The notes under the pieces: generated by a model | What the model saw: only the letters and a program-made list of their open reading frames with translations | Databases searched by the model: none | Told to the model about the DNA's origin: nothing | Assembly (NCBI RefSeq): GCF_001194135.2 | Contig: NC_069002.1 | Coordinates: forward strand, 37,120,538 to 37,184,537 | Source: Octopus bimaculoides | Taxonomy: Eukaryota | Direction: 5' to 3' | DNA: 64,000 nucleotides | In this document: positions 1-31,570 of the stretch, one piece after another | Layout: every line of letters begins with the position of its first letter | How positions within the stretch are numbered: the stretch's first letter is position 1 | Position numbers and translations under genes: made by a program

Positions 1-1418
1 TACTCATTCCCAACTATAACACATAACAGACATTTCGCAAACTTTCTCTCCTTTCATCACTCCATCATATCTCGGCCTCTACTTTAAAATATGTGCAGAT
101 GTGCCGATCTGCTATTTACACTAGTTTTAATTTAATTTTGTTATGTTTATATTTTTCATTGATTGCATCTCTTTATTGAAAGTTTGACCATCTCTCTCTC
201 TCTTTGCTCTCACCCCCCCCCCAGTAACCCTGCTACGTCTCCCCCTCGTCGAGCGATCGACCAGCTGGACTTCATCATTACGTTAAGTCTGCTTAGTAGA
301 ACAGCGAGAGAGAGAGAAAGGGAGAAAGACTGAAGTTTTTCAATGGAGGAAAATATTCCTGACTGCTTCAAGACGCGTCAGAGTCCGATTTTCGTCTTTC
401 CTCGGGTCGTTAAAATTAGCCAGTTATGCACCGAACTCCATTCAACTGACTTACATATTATTCCCTACGGAGGAAAAGAAGAAAAAAAACCAGATCAGTT
501 TGTGTCAAATCTATGTTAGCAGTCGTTATTTGTTTTGATGTTTAAAAAGGTCTTGAAGATTAATAAGAAAAGCTTGATTAAAGCTTTCAAGAATCGATGT
601 TTACACATATATTTATATGTGCATACATTTATATACTTTCTCGTCCCTCAATTCTTTCTTTCTTTCCTCTTTTCTTTCACTCACACGTTCTCTCTCCCTC
701 TCTCTCCCTTTCTCTCTCTCTCTCTCTCTCCCCCTTTCTCTCTCCCTCTCTCATAGGTTTCTTTAAGTTCAAATTTATTAATTCGTACATAAACAAAAAG
801 CTGTTATTTACTCTTTTCGCGATAAGTGCTGGGAAAATAGAGTCGAGGAAATCAACTGAGCATATTACGGGTAGTAATCAACAGCAAGGATAATGTTACA
901 GCCTATTTAATAACGAAAATATTCCACATTAAAATATAAATCCAAGACAAAAAATATAATCATGAGCGAAGAAAGAAAGAAAGAAGATACCGGAGAAATT
1001 TAAGCACAAAATATAAAGAGGGTACAACATTAAATACTTAATGGCTAGGTTTATTAATTATGACGTTGATCTATTGAACCTTCGAGCCAACGCGGAAATA
1101 TCATCGCGGTTACCCTACCAGAAATAGGAGCTAAATCCCTCTGAATTCACATCCTACTTCAAGAAGAAAACATGAGAGACAAAATACAAAAAGAAAGACT
1201 TGGAATATTGTCTGCTCGATCAAGGTTGACCAGGGGCCATTCAAAAAACAAGAGCCAACGAGGAAGCCTCTACGTGGTTGTTCGAACTGCTAGACTCAGC
1301 AACCAAATGTTACCCTCGTATTCCACACCCTGCCGCCGTCATAATAGATACGTAATGTAATATCGAAGAGAAAATGGGATGGTTGTGATTAGAATACCTT
1401 TGATTAATAAGTCAGCTT

Positions 1419-1581
1419 ATTTTGTCTGTCTTTACGTTCTGAGTTCAAATTCCGCCGAGGTCAACTATGCTTTCCTCCTTTTGGGGTGGATAAATTAAGT
1501 ACCAGTTGCGTACTGAGTCGATCTAATCGACTGGCCCCCTCCCCAAAAATATCGGGCCTTGTGCCTATAGAAGAAAAGATT
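1419..1581 (+). mobile_element. tRNA-derived SINE, family B (5'-truncated)
   Basis: B-box GAGTTCAAATTCC, shared core ttgcctttcatcc...gataaattaagtaccagt, and tail ggccttgtgcct; many copies in the window. Confidence 0.75.
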
Positions 1582-1980
1582 AATAGGTTTGCTCACTCAC
1601 TGTTGACTTGTGATTAAATGACGTTTATGAATGAGACCACCGACATTAGACTTTTTACTGTAGAACTTATAAATGTCTTAAATATAACTACCGTAGGCTA
1701 CGTGCTAAGAAATAGCAGACGCAGGCGTGCCTGTATGGTACACCGACTGTGTATACTAAGAAAACAAATAATAAAATCAGTGTGTGCACTGATTTTCCCA
1801 CTGATTTAAACGAGTGTCTTAAATATAAACCTACTTTGTGCAAACTGTTATTTTGCGGCCATAGTCAAGTTGATATCTTTTGATTTTTTAAAAATGCATT
1901 TATTTTTGTATGGGATATTGTGCTCTCTTTTCCTTTTATGCAAACTGTCAAATTTAGCCCAAATGTAACCCTGTACATAT

Positions 1981-2530
1981 CAGCTTCCATTAACAACGGC
2001 ATGTCAGTTCCAGAACCTGGTGCATGCATTCCTTGGAAGATCTTTGAACACCTCCTTGATGTTGGCCACCAGCTTGACCTTGCTGTTACAGGCAGAGCAG
2101 TTGCTGTACCCCTAAATCCATGGGATTACAATTGGGGGAATCAGGAGGCCAGAAATTGAAGCTGATGAAGTTGTAGAAATTCTCCAACAACCACTTCTGA
2201 CTCTTTCCAGAGGTATGGAAAGAACCAAATCCTGCTGCCACACATATGATGGCCTTCCAGCAGCAACTCTTTCCAGCCAAGGATTGACCACAGTTTCCAG
2301 CAGCTTCTGAAATGAGAGCCTAAGGCTCTGTTCGAAGATGTGGGATGAATTCTGGCATGCAGATGCAGTCAGAACACCTGCTGTGTCCCTTCCTGCTGCC
2401 CACGGCTTCATAGTCTCCATTGCAGCTGCACATGCCATGTCTTACATCCTTCACTCTGTTCAGAGCGCATTGAGCAGCAGCAGTCATGATGTCAGCATTT
2501 TGATGCCCAGCAAGAACCATGATAAGAAAC
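1981..2530 (-). mobile_element. Degenerate, internally deleted Tc1/mariner (maT-like) transposase remnant
   Basis: Across frameshifts: N-terminal HTH-like MVLAGHQNADIM..., then PWLERVAAGRPSYVWQQD, HTSGKSQKWL and WPPDSPNCNPMD (catalytic D2/D3 region), and a C-terminal KLVANIKEVFKD...ACTRF. Confidence 0.82.
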
Positions 2531-3991
2531 TCTTAGGTAGTCGAGTACTATTTTTTTCCCACCTGTTTTGTGTTTGTGTGTGTGTGTGCATGCATGAGTG
2601 CGCATATATATGTGTATATATATATATGTATGTATATATGCATACGTATACACCATATATATACATATTTATATGCATACATACACACCATATATATATA
2701 CATATTTATATTCATACATGTAATAGCATATATATTTATATTTAAACACACACACACATACACACACAATATACAAGCAAATTCTGTCTGTCTGGGACCC
2801 CTGTATCTTAGTCTACATTTGTTCTACATAGACATATTATACCATTTGGGAATCAGGATGATCCCAGAATTGAAAATCTGCCTTTCCTTAGGTTCTTGAA
2901 CATCCAGCATTGGGATCTGATTTAAAAGCATTTGGGTTGCTATTTCTAGCAGGTAAAGCTTGGCTGATTCATGCCATCTTGGTTGGCATTTGTCAGACGA
3001 CATCAGAAATGAAGGGGGAAATAAATGACATTTGCTTTGTTAATTTCATGTTGAGATAATTTGGGACAAATTGGTGAACAGTTGGAATTCAACCTGGGAC
3101 TGGAACAATAGAATTATTGCAGCACAGAATTAATTCTCATGCGTCCTTAACCTCTCATCAAACACCACTGGGGTATATAGTCATTATAGATGTATTATAG
3201 ACATGCTATTTAGCTCTCTTTAGTTTTGGGCCACAGGCCCAGTTAACCCTCCACAGGAGCAAGCTTAAAAGTCTGCAGACTGCAATTTTTAAGCTAGTAT
3301 ATTATATATGTGATATACACACACACATATGTGTATGTATGTATGTCTGTGTCTAAATGTATATAATAAATGAGGTTTGAAATATCTATAAATATCTATT
3401 TTGTCGTAGGTCATCTATCAGATAGAAAGCAATTGATAGAAAATATCAGATATCTCATAGAAAATTGAAGCCGAGTGGTGCAAATTACAACAAAACTGGG
3501 TTTTTTATCAGATCAGTGACTCGCTACCATTGTCCTTTTTGTTGTTGTTGCTGTTGTCCTTGTACTCATTGTTGGTGTTGCTAAGCAGTGACAATGAGCT
3601 CTTGTCTTGACAAACCTATGGTGTGTAGCTGAATATTAAAATCTGATTAGGTATTCAACTACTATATTTTTCCACCTGTTTTGCATTTATGTGCTTACCT
3701 GTGGCGTCTTTATTGTACCTTTATGCTGTTATCCAAAGTTTTAGGTGTTTTAATAACTTATGAACACAAAATCTTAAAGACAGCGAGGTCATTTATTATT
3801 TTACTTTCAGTGACAGTTAAATGCTACCTCTTCAGATTCACTGACTCCATTGGCACTGCTTTTTTTAGGTTCATGATTTTCAGTTTGAAGTATTGATTGT
3901 CATTCATCCTAAAAGTTTTGTTGGCCAACATTTCATTCTAGTGTCTACCTTTCAGTTGGTCCTCTTTAAGGATACATCACAATCATCATCA

Positions 3992-4107
3992 TCATCATCA
4001 TCGTTTAACGTCCGCTTTCCATGCTGGCATGGGTTGGACGATTTGACTGAGGACTGGTGAACCAGATGGCTACACCAGGCTCCAATCTGATTTGGCAGAG
4101 TTTCTAC
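3992..4107 (-). mobile_element. Family-C SINE/RTE-tail repeat (reads ...ttggcagagtttctaca; (GAT)n tail)
   Basis: Near-identical to 49472-49599 and to the reverse complement of 51193-51320; truncated by an adjacent family-B SINE. Confidence 0.75.
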
Positions 4108-4871
4108 AATATTGGTTTCAAATTTTGGCACAAGGCCAGCAGCTTTGGGAGAGGGGTGAAGTCAATTAAATTGACCCTAGTGTTTAACTGGTACATATTT
4201 TATCGATCTTGAAATGATGAAAGGCAAAACTGATCCTGGCAGAATTTGAACTCAGAATCTAAAGACAAACAAAATGCCACGAAGACAAAAGTCTTCGAAA
4301 AGGCTGGAAGTGGCAACGAAAGAGCAAAAACCAGACATTTGAATATTTAACCAATTGACTAATAATAAATGAGTGGAATTGAACCAGTGTGTGTGTCAAT
4401 TATACTGGCATAATGACCCTCCCTAGACACATCAAAATAGTATATGTTGCTAAAGAGGATTTAAAAAAAAAAAATCTTCTTTTCTCATTTTCAGCTTCAT
4501 CAAAACCTCAATACTACTAAATGATTTTTTAGGTGTTGGCATGTCTGAGTAGTTCAAAAGCTTGCTTTGCAACCATGTGGTTTCAAGTTCAGTCCCACTG
4601 AATGGCACCTTAGGTGTCTTCTACTATAGGTCTGGGCTGATCAAAGCCTTGTGAGTGGATTTGGTAGAAGAAAACTGAAAGAAGCCTGTTATGTATAAAT
4701 ATGTGTATGTATGTATATATATATNNNNNNNNNNTCAAGTGGTCAGTTTATGCTCATGAACTCAGACTAAAACAACAGGCCAATGACATGCAATTAAATG
4801 AGGATCCAATTTTGAATCCTGGCTTAAAAAGTTGGTAGCTGTTTGCTACATATTATAAACACCAACTTAAT

Positions 4872-5510
4872 GATTTTTTTCTATTATAGGCACAAGGCCT
4901 GAAACTTAGGAAAAGGGGGCCAGTCAATTTCAATGATTCCATGAAAGAATGAAAGGCAAATTGACCTTGGCAGAATTTAAACTCAGAAGCTGGAAGAAAT
5001 GTTGCTAAGCCTTTTGTCTGACAAACTAATATTCTGCCAATTCACCATCTTCAAATACCAACTTAATAATGGTCCCAAATTTTGGCACAAGGCCATCAGT
5101 TTTTGAGGGGAGGGTGAAGTCAACAATATTGACCCCAATACTTGACTTGTACTTATTTTATCGACCCTGAAAGGCAAAGTCAAACTCAGTGGAATTTGAA
5201 CACGGAACTTAGAGACATATAAAATGCTGCTTAGTATTTTGTTTGGCATGCTAACAATTCTGTCAGCTTACCGTCTTAAAAACACCAACCTAATAATCTT
5301 TCCTACTCTAGGCACAAGGCCTGAAATTTTTGCAGAGGGGCCAGTCAATTAGATTGATCCCAGTACACAACTGGTACTTAATTTATCAACCGTCAAAGGA
5401 TGATAGGCAAAGTCAATCTCGGCAGAATTTGAACTCAGAATGTAAAGACAGACGAAATACTGCTAAGCATTTCGCCCAATGTGCTAACGTTTCTGCCAGC
5501 TCACCGCCTT
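4872..5510 (-). mobile_element. Three head-to-tail family-B SINE copies
   Basis: Copies at about 4872-5052, 5068-5277 and 5295-5510. The last is near full length, with an A-box-like TGGCAGAAACG and B-box GAGTTCAAATTC. Confidence 0.82.
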
Positions 5511-6629
5511 ACACCAACCTAATAATGACAATCATTTTACTAAATTCTCAATTATTCTCAAAAAAATTAATTAAAACAAAGGCAGTGTATTTCAACAGAA
5601 ATACTTTAATGAAAGGAATAATATTAAATCAATCTGAGAGATTATAATATAATAATTATAATATAATAATATTATATCAATCTGAAGAAGCTAAGATGCA
5701 TTAACTATCCAGTTTTGCTTAACTAGTTTCTAAGCTCAAATCATGCCAGAGTGAACTTCATGTTTCATCTGCCTGGGGAACATCAACTGAGTACCAGTAC
5801 TCCCTACCTTTCTCCCTCCTCTATAAATGTGGAACCTGATCTTAATGAAAAGAAATCAATATTTTGTCATTTTTTGCTCTGAAATGAAGACAACTATTGA
5901 TCTTCTTATATTTTTGCCTTTATACTTCCAGTTCTTCCCGGCGAGCAAGAGAATCTCTATGCAGTCATTCAAACCAATCAGAAACAGCAACAAAATCCCT
6001 CTCGATTCCTATACAAGCAGATGAGATGGCTGCAAACACCTTTGACCATAACACTGCTCAATCAGGGGGCTGACATGTGGCTACACAACAACTTCTGGTA
6101 CATTTTAGCAAGTATATGCATGTGTGTGTGTGTGTGTCTGTGTATGTGCGCGCATACATATATAAGGTGGTGCCCCAGTATGGTCACAGTCTAATGACTG
6201 AAACAAGTAAAAGATAGATATCATCATCATTTAATGTCTGCCTTCCTTGCTGGCATTGGTCAGATAGTTTGACAGGAGCTGGCAAACCATTGAACTGCAC
6301 CAAATTCCGCTGTCTGCTTTGGCATGGTTTTTACGGCTGGATACCCTTCCTAACACCAACCACTTTACAGAGCAGACTGGGTACCTTTTGCATGGTACCA
6401 GTACTGGCAAGGTCTGCTTTGACAAGGCTTTTACAAATGGATGCCCTTCCTAATGCATCTAATAGCATCCAGTCCACTTTACAGAGTGGACTGGGTGATA
6501 TTTACATGGCACCAGTGCTGACAAGGTCTACTTTGGCATGGTTTTTCGGCTGGATTCCCTTCCAAATATCAACCACTTCACAAAGTAGGCTGGATATATA
6601 TGCACACGTGTGTGTGTGTGTTTGTTGTG

Positions 6630-6940
6630 GATTTGGATAATTCACCTCTGGAAACATGGGTGTTTCATCCAACATCCTTAAACAATCCTAATTCAGGGAC
6701 CTTTTCAGTGGGATAGGCTATTCAACCTGAAGAAGATTCTAACTGGGCTCCACCTACGAGGTCATGCACTGTTTATCTTGATATGAAATCACCATTTTCT
6801 GCATATATGGTTGTGATGCATGTGCCTAGTGTACCCTTATCAGACAGGTAGTCCTGATGGGGATATTGGGCTTCGTATATTTGTACCCAAGTGTCACTAT
6901 GATGGTATGCACTGCTCTCTTACTAAATAATAATAATAAT
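6630..6940 (+). mobile_element. Non-LTR retroelement 3' end with (TAA)n tail, copy 1
   Basis: About 300 nt clearly homologous to 7310-7590; ends ctctcttactaaataataataat. Confidence 0.65.
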
Positions 6941-7084
6941 GGTTTGAAATTTTGGCACAAGACCAATAATTTCAGGAAGGGGGTTGTAAGTCAATTACAT
7001 TCATCCCCACTAATCAACAGGTATTTATTTTATCAACCCAGGGAGGATAAAAGGTAAAGTTGGCATCATGTGATGTAATACCAA

Positions 7085-7590
7085 ACAATGACTCATAACT
7101 TCTGATCTCAACTGATTGGAAGTGTTATCATGTTTTGTCTTGGTATAAAAAGATGGGCCACAGCAAATATTCTGCTCCATACCACAGATTAGTTTGTCAG
7201 TTGGTTGACCTTAATCAGTTGAGCATGTCCCATTTTCAGCTGACAGAATGCATCTCTGATCACAAGGAGTAGTGGGGGAGCAACATAGTCATGTGTTGAG
7301 GGGAAATTCTTTGGGGTTTGAATAATTCACCTCTGGAACATGGATGTTTCATTCATCATCCTCAAACAATCCTTATTCAGGAACCCTTTGAGTGGGGTGG
7401 GCTACTTGACCTGCAAAATATTCTAAGCCCCACCTGCGCGGTCATGCACTGTTTATCTCGATATGAGATCAACATGTCGTGTACATATGGTTGTGATGCT
7501 TGTGCCTGGTGTACCCTTATCAGACGGGTAGTCATTATGGCTACATTGGACTTCATATATTTGTACCACACTGTCACCTTGATGGCATGC
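7085..7590 (+). mobile_element. Non-LTR retroelement 3' end, copy 2
   Basis: Same family as 6630-6940 with a longer 5' extent. Confidence 0.6.
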
Positions 7591-7694
7591 ATTTGTGTGG
7601 AAAGAGACCCTATGAGACCTCTGACAGCAGGCTGCTGTCCACTCTCACAGAATCTACCAAAGTAAACAAGATCAAGCACTCTGAGAAGTAAAAC

Positions 7695-7698
7695 AATA

Positions 7699-7729
<31 letters not shown>

Positions 7730-7768
7730 TGATAATAATAATAGTAATAATAGTAATAATAATAATGA
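7695..7768. repeat. (AAT)n microsatellite
   Basis: aataatagtaataataat... about 70 nt; source of the poly-I and poly-L ORFs. Confidence 0.9.
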
Positions 7769-9804
7769 TTTCAAATCTTGGCATGAGGCCAAGCTAGTTT
7801 GGGGAGTTGATTACATCAACCTGTGCTTAACTGGTACTTATTTTATTGACCTCAAAAGGGATGAAAGGCAAACTTCAATGAGACTTGAACTCAGAATGTA
7901 AAGATAGATGAAATGCTGGTAAATATTTAATAACAACAACAACAACAACAATAATAAATAGTAGCATATAGGGAACTTGAAAAATAACTAAAAGTCATTT
8001 AGTGCTGACTTATATTTTAGCTATATGGTGACAATTTGCTTTAAGATATAATTATTAATCAAATTAAAACTAATAATAATAATGAATTTATGAGAAAGTT
8101 TCTCTTTTTTCTGGAAATGTTTCACATGGATGCCACTAAAAACAGCCATAAAAAAGCCTAATTTTGTGAAAATCATTGGCAGAAAGTTTCTGTTGTCAGT
8201 TTGACATTTACATTGATGTAACTATTCAGAACTTATCTGATAATTAATGCTGTAAATTAATTTGCTGACAGCAATTTAGCTGGTTTAACATGTGTTGTAT
8301 TTAAGATGTAAATAGACCAGTAGAATAAGTATTATTACAACGAGATAGTATTTATAAGTAAAAGATTAAAATGATTTAAATCCTAAGCTGTCAATGCTTT
8401 TGTTTCAATTGCATTTTGTTGTTTTCCCTTACCAAATTTCACAAATTTTAATGTAAATATAAAGATGTTCTAGATATTCAAACGGTTTAGAAGGTTCAGC
8501 CCTGGGTTACATTTCATGATATTTTTTCAGATTACATTTTATGGTATTCCCAGTTCAGGAAATGGAAGACAACATAGAATTAAGTATATTACAATCAAAA
8601 CTGCCCTCCAGGCAATTTTTCTACTAGTCATTATAAAAAGGATATAAAATACCCCCCCCCCCCCACACACACACACGTATATGCACACATACATATATAT
8701 ACATGTGGGGGAGGAGTGAGGCACATATGTGTGCATGTGTCTATATGTGTCATCATCATTTAGCGTCCATTTTCCATGCTGGCATGGGTAAGATGGTTTG
8801 ACTAGGTAGCTGGTAAGCTGGAGAGTTGCACTGGACTCCAGTCTGTTTCAGCTTGGTTTCTGCAGCTGGATGCCCTTCCTAATGCCAACCACTGCACAGA
8901 GTGTACTGTGTATCTTGTACGTGCCTTTCACGTATCATCAGCATGAGTGCCTTCTACTTGTCACCAGTACTGGCCTCAAAGCTTGATGTGTCTTCACAGC
9001 AAATGGCAAATGTGTATTTCTATATAAATATATATGCATGTACATGTCTATACATGTGTGAGAGTTGATTTCCAGATGTTGAGCCTCATAAAGGAGATGA
9101 CAATGGACCAAGATGTCTGACAATATAAGGTTCTCAAGAAGATCCATTCCCCTCAGTGAAACGGAGTTCTGGAAGTGTTGTGTGTTCCATTCACATGTAA
9201 CATTAAATTTTTCACACACAGACTACTCCAATAAACCAAACTACATCTCCCCTCCTCTTCTTCATGCATTGTGCTCGTCTCTCCTTCCTTACTCCTCCAG
9301 TCCAATCCTGTCCTCTCCACCCCTGACAACTGTATCATTGCTATCCTCTCATCCCCTTCTATGCACCTGAGTTTCAAAAGTCACTGCTCCACCACCCCCT
9401 TTCCATTCATTTGGACTCCCTACTCACACACCCTGCACCATCCCATTCATATTTACGTTCTTGTACCTTGAGAGTATACTCTGGCACACTGCCACCATTT
9501 CTCTCATTGTAATGTTACAGTAAACTCCTCCAATATTATTATTACTGTCCTTTAAATTTGAGGCTTTGTGCTTATGTTCTGACTGAAAATCCCACGGAGG
9601 CTAACTCTACCCTCCGTCCTTCCTTGTTGAAGATCGATAAAATAAAATAAACTACCAAATGAAACTGTATGTTGATTTAGTTGTCTACAGCCTTCCTCTA
9701 AAACTTATAAGCCTTGTGCTATTATTAGAAATCAATAAAAATGTAATATCAACAACATTAAATTCAAACGAATTACCAAACTAATTCAAGAAGAGTGAAA
9801 AATT

Positions 9805-10600
9805 GTTTCTACTAAAAGCACAAGGCCTGAAATTTGGGATGAGGGTGCTAGCTGATTACATCGACCTCAGTACTTCACTACTACTTATTTTATCAACACC
9901 GAAAGGATGAAAGGCAAAGTCGATATCAGTGCAATTTGAACTCGGAACGTTATAAGTCGGGAAGACATGTCGCCCAGCATTTTCGGCGTGCTAACGATTC
10001 TGCCAGCTAGCTGCCCTAATAATGATAATGATTTCAAATTTTGACACAAGGTGAGCAATTTCGGGAAGGGGTTTAAGTTGATTAATCGACTCCAGTGCTC
10101 AACTGGTACTTATTTTATCGATACCGAAAGGATTGGAAGGCATAGTCGACTTCGGCAGAAATTTGAACTCAAGCCGACGAAATGCCGTTAAGCAAATAGC
10201 CCGGCGTGCTAACGATTCGACCAAACTCACCGCCTCAATAATAATAATAATTGTTTCTAAATGTTGGCACAAGGCCAGTAATGTTGCGAAACGAGGGAAG
10301 CTGATTACAGCTGGTTCTTATTTTGGTGCTACTTAAATAGAGGTCCCCTCTATGTAACCTTAACCATAACTAACCTAACCCTAAAAACCTTAGCGAGTGT
10401 GCACTGTAAAAACATATCGTTAAGTAGATGTATCGGGACCTCTGTATTTAAGTAGTGCCCTTATTTTATCGACCTTGAAAGGATGAAAAAAGCCAAGTCG
10501 GCATCGGCAGAATTTAAACTGAAATCGTTACGCAGTCGGAAGAACTATCGCAAAAGCATTATTTTCCGATACATAGTAAATTCAAACAAGCCACCTCATA
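9805..10600 (-). mobile_element. Cluster of family-B SINE copies (one interrupted by a MITE)
   Basis: Repeated ggcacaaggcc...tacttattttatcgacc...gaaaggatgaaaggcaaagtcg...gaatttgaactc blocks at about 9805-10016, 10030-10232 and 10255-10600. Confidence 0.75.
10325..10459. mobile_element. 135-bp MITE with ~25-bp TIRs and 8-bp TSD (Merlin-like)
   Basis: TIRs ggtgctacttaaatagaggtccc / gggacctctgtatttaagtagtgcc; TSD CTTATTTT at 10317-10324 and 10460-10467. The right TIR reads GGCAC on the minus strand, matching the Merlin GGNRM start. Confidence 0.75.
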
Positions 10601-10769
10601 ATAATAATAATAATAATAAATACATAAATAAATAAATCACATGCTATAGCATGAAAGAAAATTTGTCACAGATGACAAAAAAAAAAAATTTTTTTTTAAA
10701 AACGGAATTTGAAATCAGAACGTGAAAAGCGGATAAAATGCCGCAAAGGATTTAATCCGACGTTCTAAC

Positions 10770-11068
10770 CTAGAGGTTCTCAACAGGAGTCCACGGTCAG
10801 ACCCCTGGGGATCCATGGAAAAACATAGTAAAATTGTGGATGTACAGTAGTATTTAAATGTCCTTGAAAAAATGTTAGGTTAATGTTTACATCTCAAATG
10901 TTATTATGGATGAAACTACCTCAGTTTCTTTCTCCAACGTTTCACATAGTTCAGCTTAGATGTGTGAAAAAACAAAATAACAATTTTGAAAGAAATATCT
11001 ATAAAACTAGTTTTTAAACATCGAATGGTTACGGGGGGGGGGGGTCCATACGTAAACGAGAACCACAA
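10770..11068. mobile_element. Probable degenerate hAT-type MITE
   Basis: Begins tagaggttctcaac and ends gagaaccac, resembling cagtggttctcaac-type hAT TIRs; no TSD confirmed. Confidence 0.45.
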
Positions 11069-11206
11069 CGCTTAACCTAACCATTCAACACAGCTACAGC
11101 CTCAAAGAGGAGAGAGAACAATAAAACGAAATTAAAAATCAATAAAACCTCCCCGATACATCTATATTTATTAAGTGGTGCCAGCCTACAATAAATTCTC
11201 CCTTCC

Positions 11207-11301
11207 ACTTCCGGTTAATTATCTGTTATTTTGTTTTTTTGTTTGTTTGTTGGTTATACTTTTTTTGTTGTTTTCCTCCCTTGTTTTGTTTGCAGATGGC
11301 G
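11207..11301 (+). promoter_or_regulatory. Likely KAT7 promoter/5' region: ETS-type motif ACTTCCGG (11207-11214) and YY1-like AGATGGCG (11294-11301)
   Basis: Both are common housekeeping-promoter motifs, lying 170-260 nt upstream of the ATG. The pyrimidine tract ending TGCAG at 11295 could instead be a splice acceptor of a 5'UTR intron. Confidence 0.4.
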
Positions 11302-11470
11302 CTGTGTGTCTCCCCCAAATTCCGCCAGTCTTGTGTTGTTTGGCGAAACTTGTTGCATTATTATCATGTCGACTTCCTCAGCCGTTGCTGTTCTTCTGCT
11401 TCTTCTTCCCTGCACTAAGGCCTCATTCCTTCATAGAACCGTTTATTCTCGATAGGAACAGTTTTAAGTC

Positions 11471-30288
<18,818 letters not shown>

Positions 30289-30529
30289 CACTTGCACCGA
30301 CTGCAAGATTCGCAAGACCCTTGGTATAATTTCTGTTTAGCTGGAGGGCAGAATGGGTGGGTGGGTGGTGCTGGTGATTGGTGACATATCAGCCCTGGGG
30401 AAGTACATTCCAACTGTTACTCAGATTCTGACTTCATTTCTGATCCCTTTTTTTGTTTTTTTTTCAATACACCAGAGTCAAGCGTGTGTATGTAGAAACT
30501 TGTATATGACTTTGTGTATGTGATAGAAA

Positions 30530-31261
30530 GGATTATACACTGTGTGTATATGGATATATACATACATGCACACATATTTTTGTGTGTGTGTATGTGTATG
30601 TATGTATATATATATACATATATATATATGTGCATGTGCGTATAAAGTGTTGGCATAGCAATCTCATGGTTCCTGGTTCAATCTCACCACATGGCACCTT
30701 GGGCAAGTGTCTTCTATAACCTCGAGTACAATGCAGAAGCCTACTGTACACAAATATATAATGTGTGTGTCTGTCTGTTTATCTGTTTTGTGTGTTTATG
30801 TTTGCACTTGTCTGAAAACCGGTATTGTTTATGTCATCTCCCTTTGTGTCCTATAACTTAGCAGTTCTGCAAATAGATATCGACAAAATACCAGACTGAA
30901 ATAGTGCTACAGTCAATACGCTTGACTAAAACACTTGAAGGCAGTACTCCAGCATGGTCACAGTCCAGTGATTGAAACCAGTAAAAGAATAAATACATAC
31001 ACATAATGTAGATGTGTGTAAATAGATAAAAATATGTATGTATATTTATGTGTGTATGTGTATATATATATATATATATATATGCGTGCGTGTGTATATG
31101 CATATGCACATGTGGATAATATATATTTATATAAAATAGCAATTTAATATTCACAAAAGATGTGTAAATATTCCTCTATATGTATAATACTTGCATTGGT
31201 GCTTGTACATACATACACACACACACACATATATATATATACTTACACATGTATATGTGTT

Positions 31262-31305
<44 letters not shown>

Positions 31306-31570
31306 CAGATATGCATACACACATTCATCCAAACATATATATACTACAACATACGCCCACATAATCTAATTGCTTTGATCTCATTGCACATATGTGTGCA
31401 TGCATATACACACATCTGCGTGTGTGCATATATATATATACACACGTATAATGTGTATGGTTTTAGCCGGTTAGTTGATGGTGTGTGTGTATATATCTAT
31501 ATATGTATATGCACAGATGTGCATGTATATGTATGTTTGTGTGTGTATATGTATACTATAATATATTACT
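30530..31570. repeat. (TA)n/(CA)n/(TG)n microsatellite-rich tract with SINE fragments, downstream of the KAT7 stop
   Basis: Dense dinucleotide arrays; source of the YIYI and HTHT ORFs. Confidence 0.85.

Noticed and set aside
5922-6090. Apparent + strand exon with a good acceptor and 55 open codons (LPGEQENLYAVIQ...)
   Set aside because: Its 3' half matches a dispersed repeat family also seen at about 1200-1410 and 13400-13480 (gatgg...ggctg(g)aa..cctttga.ca). The donor is weak and there is no partner exon.
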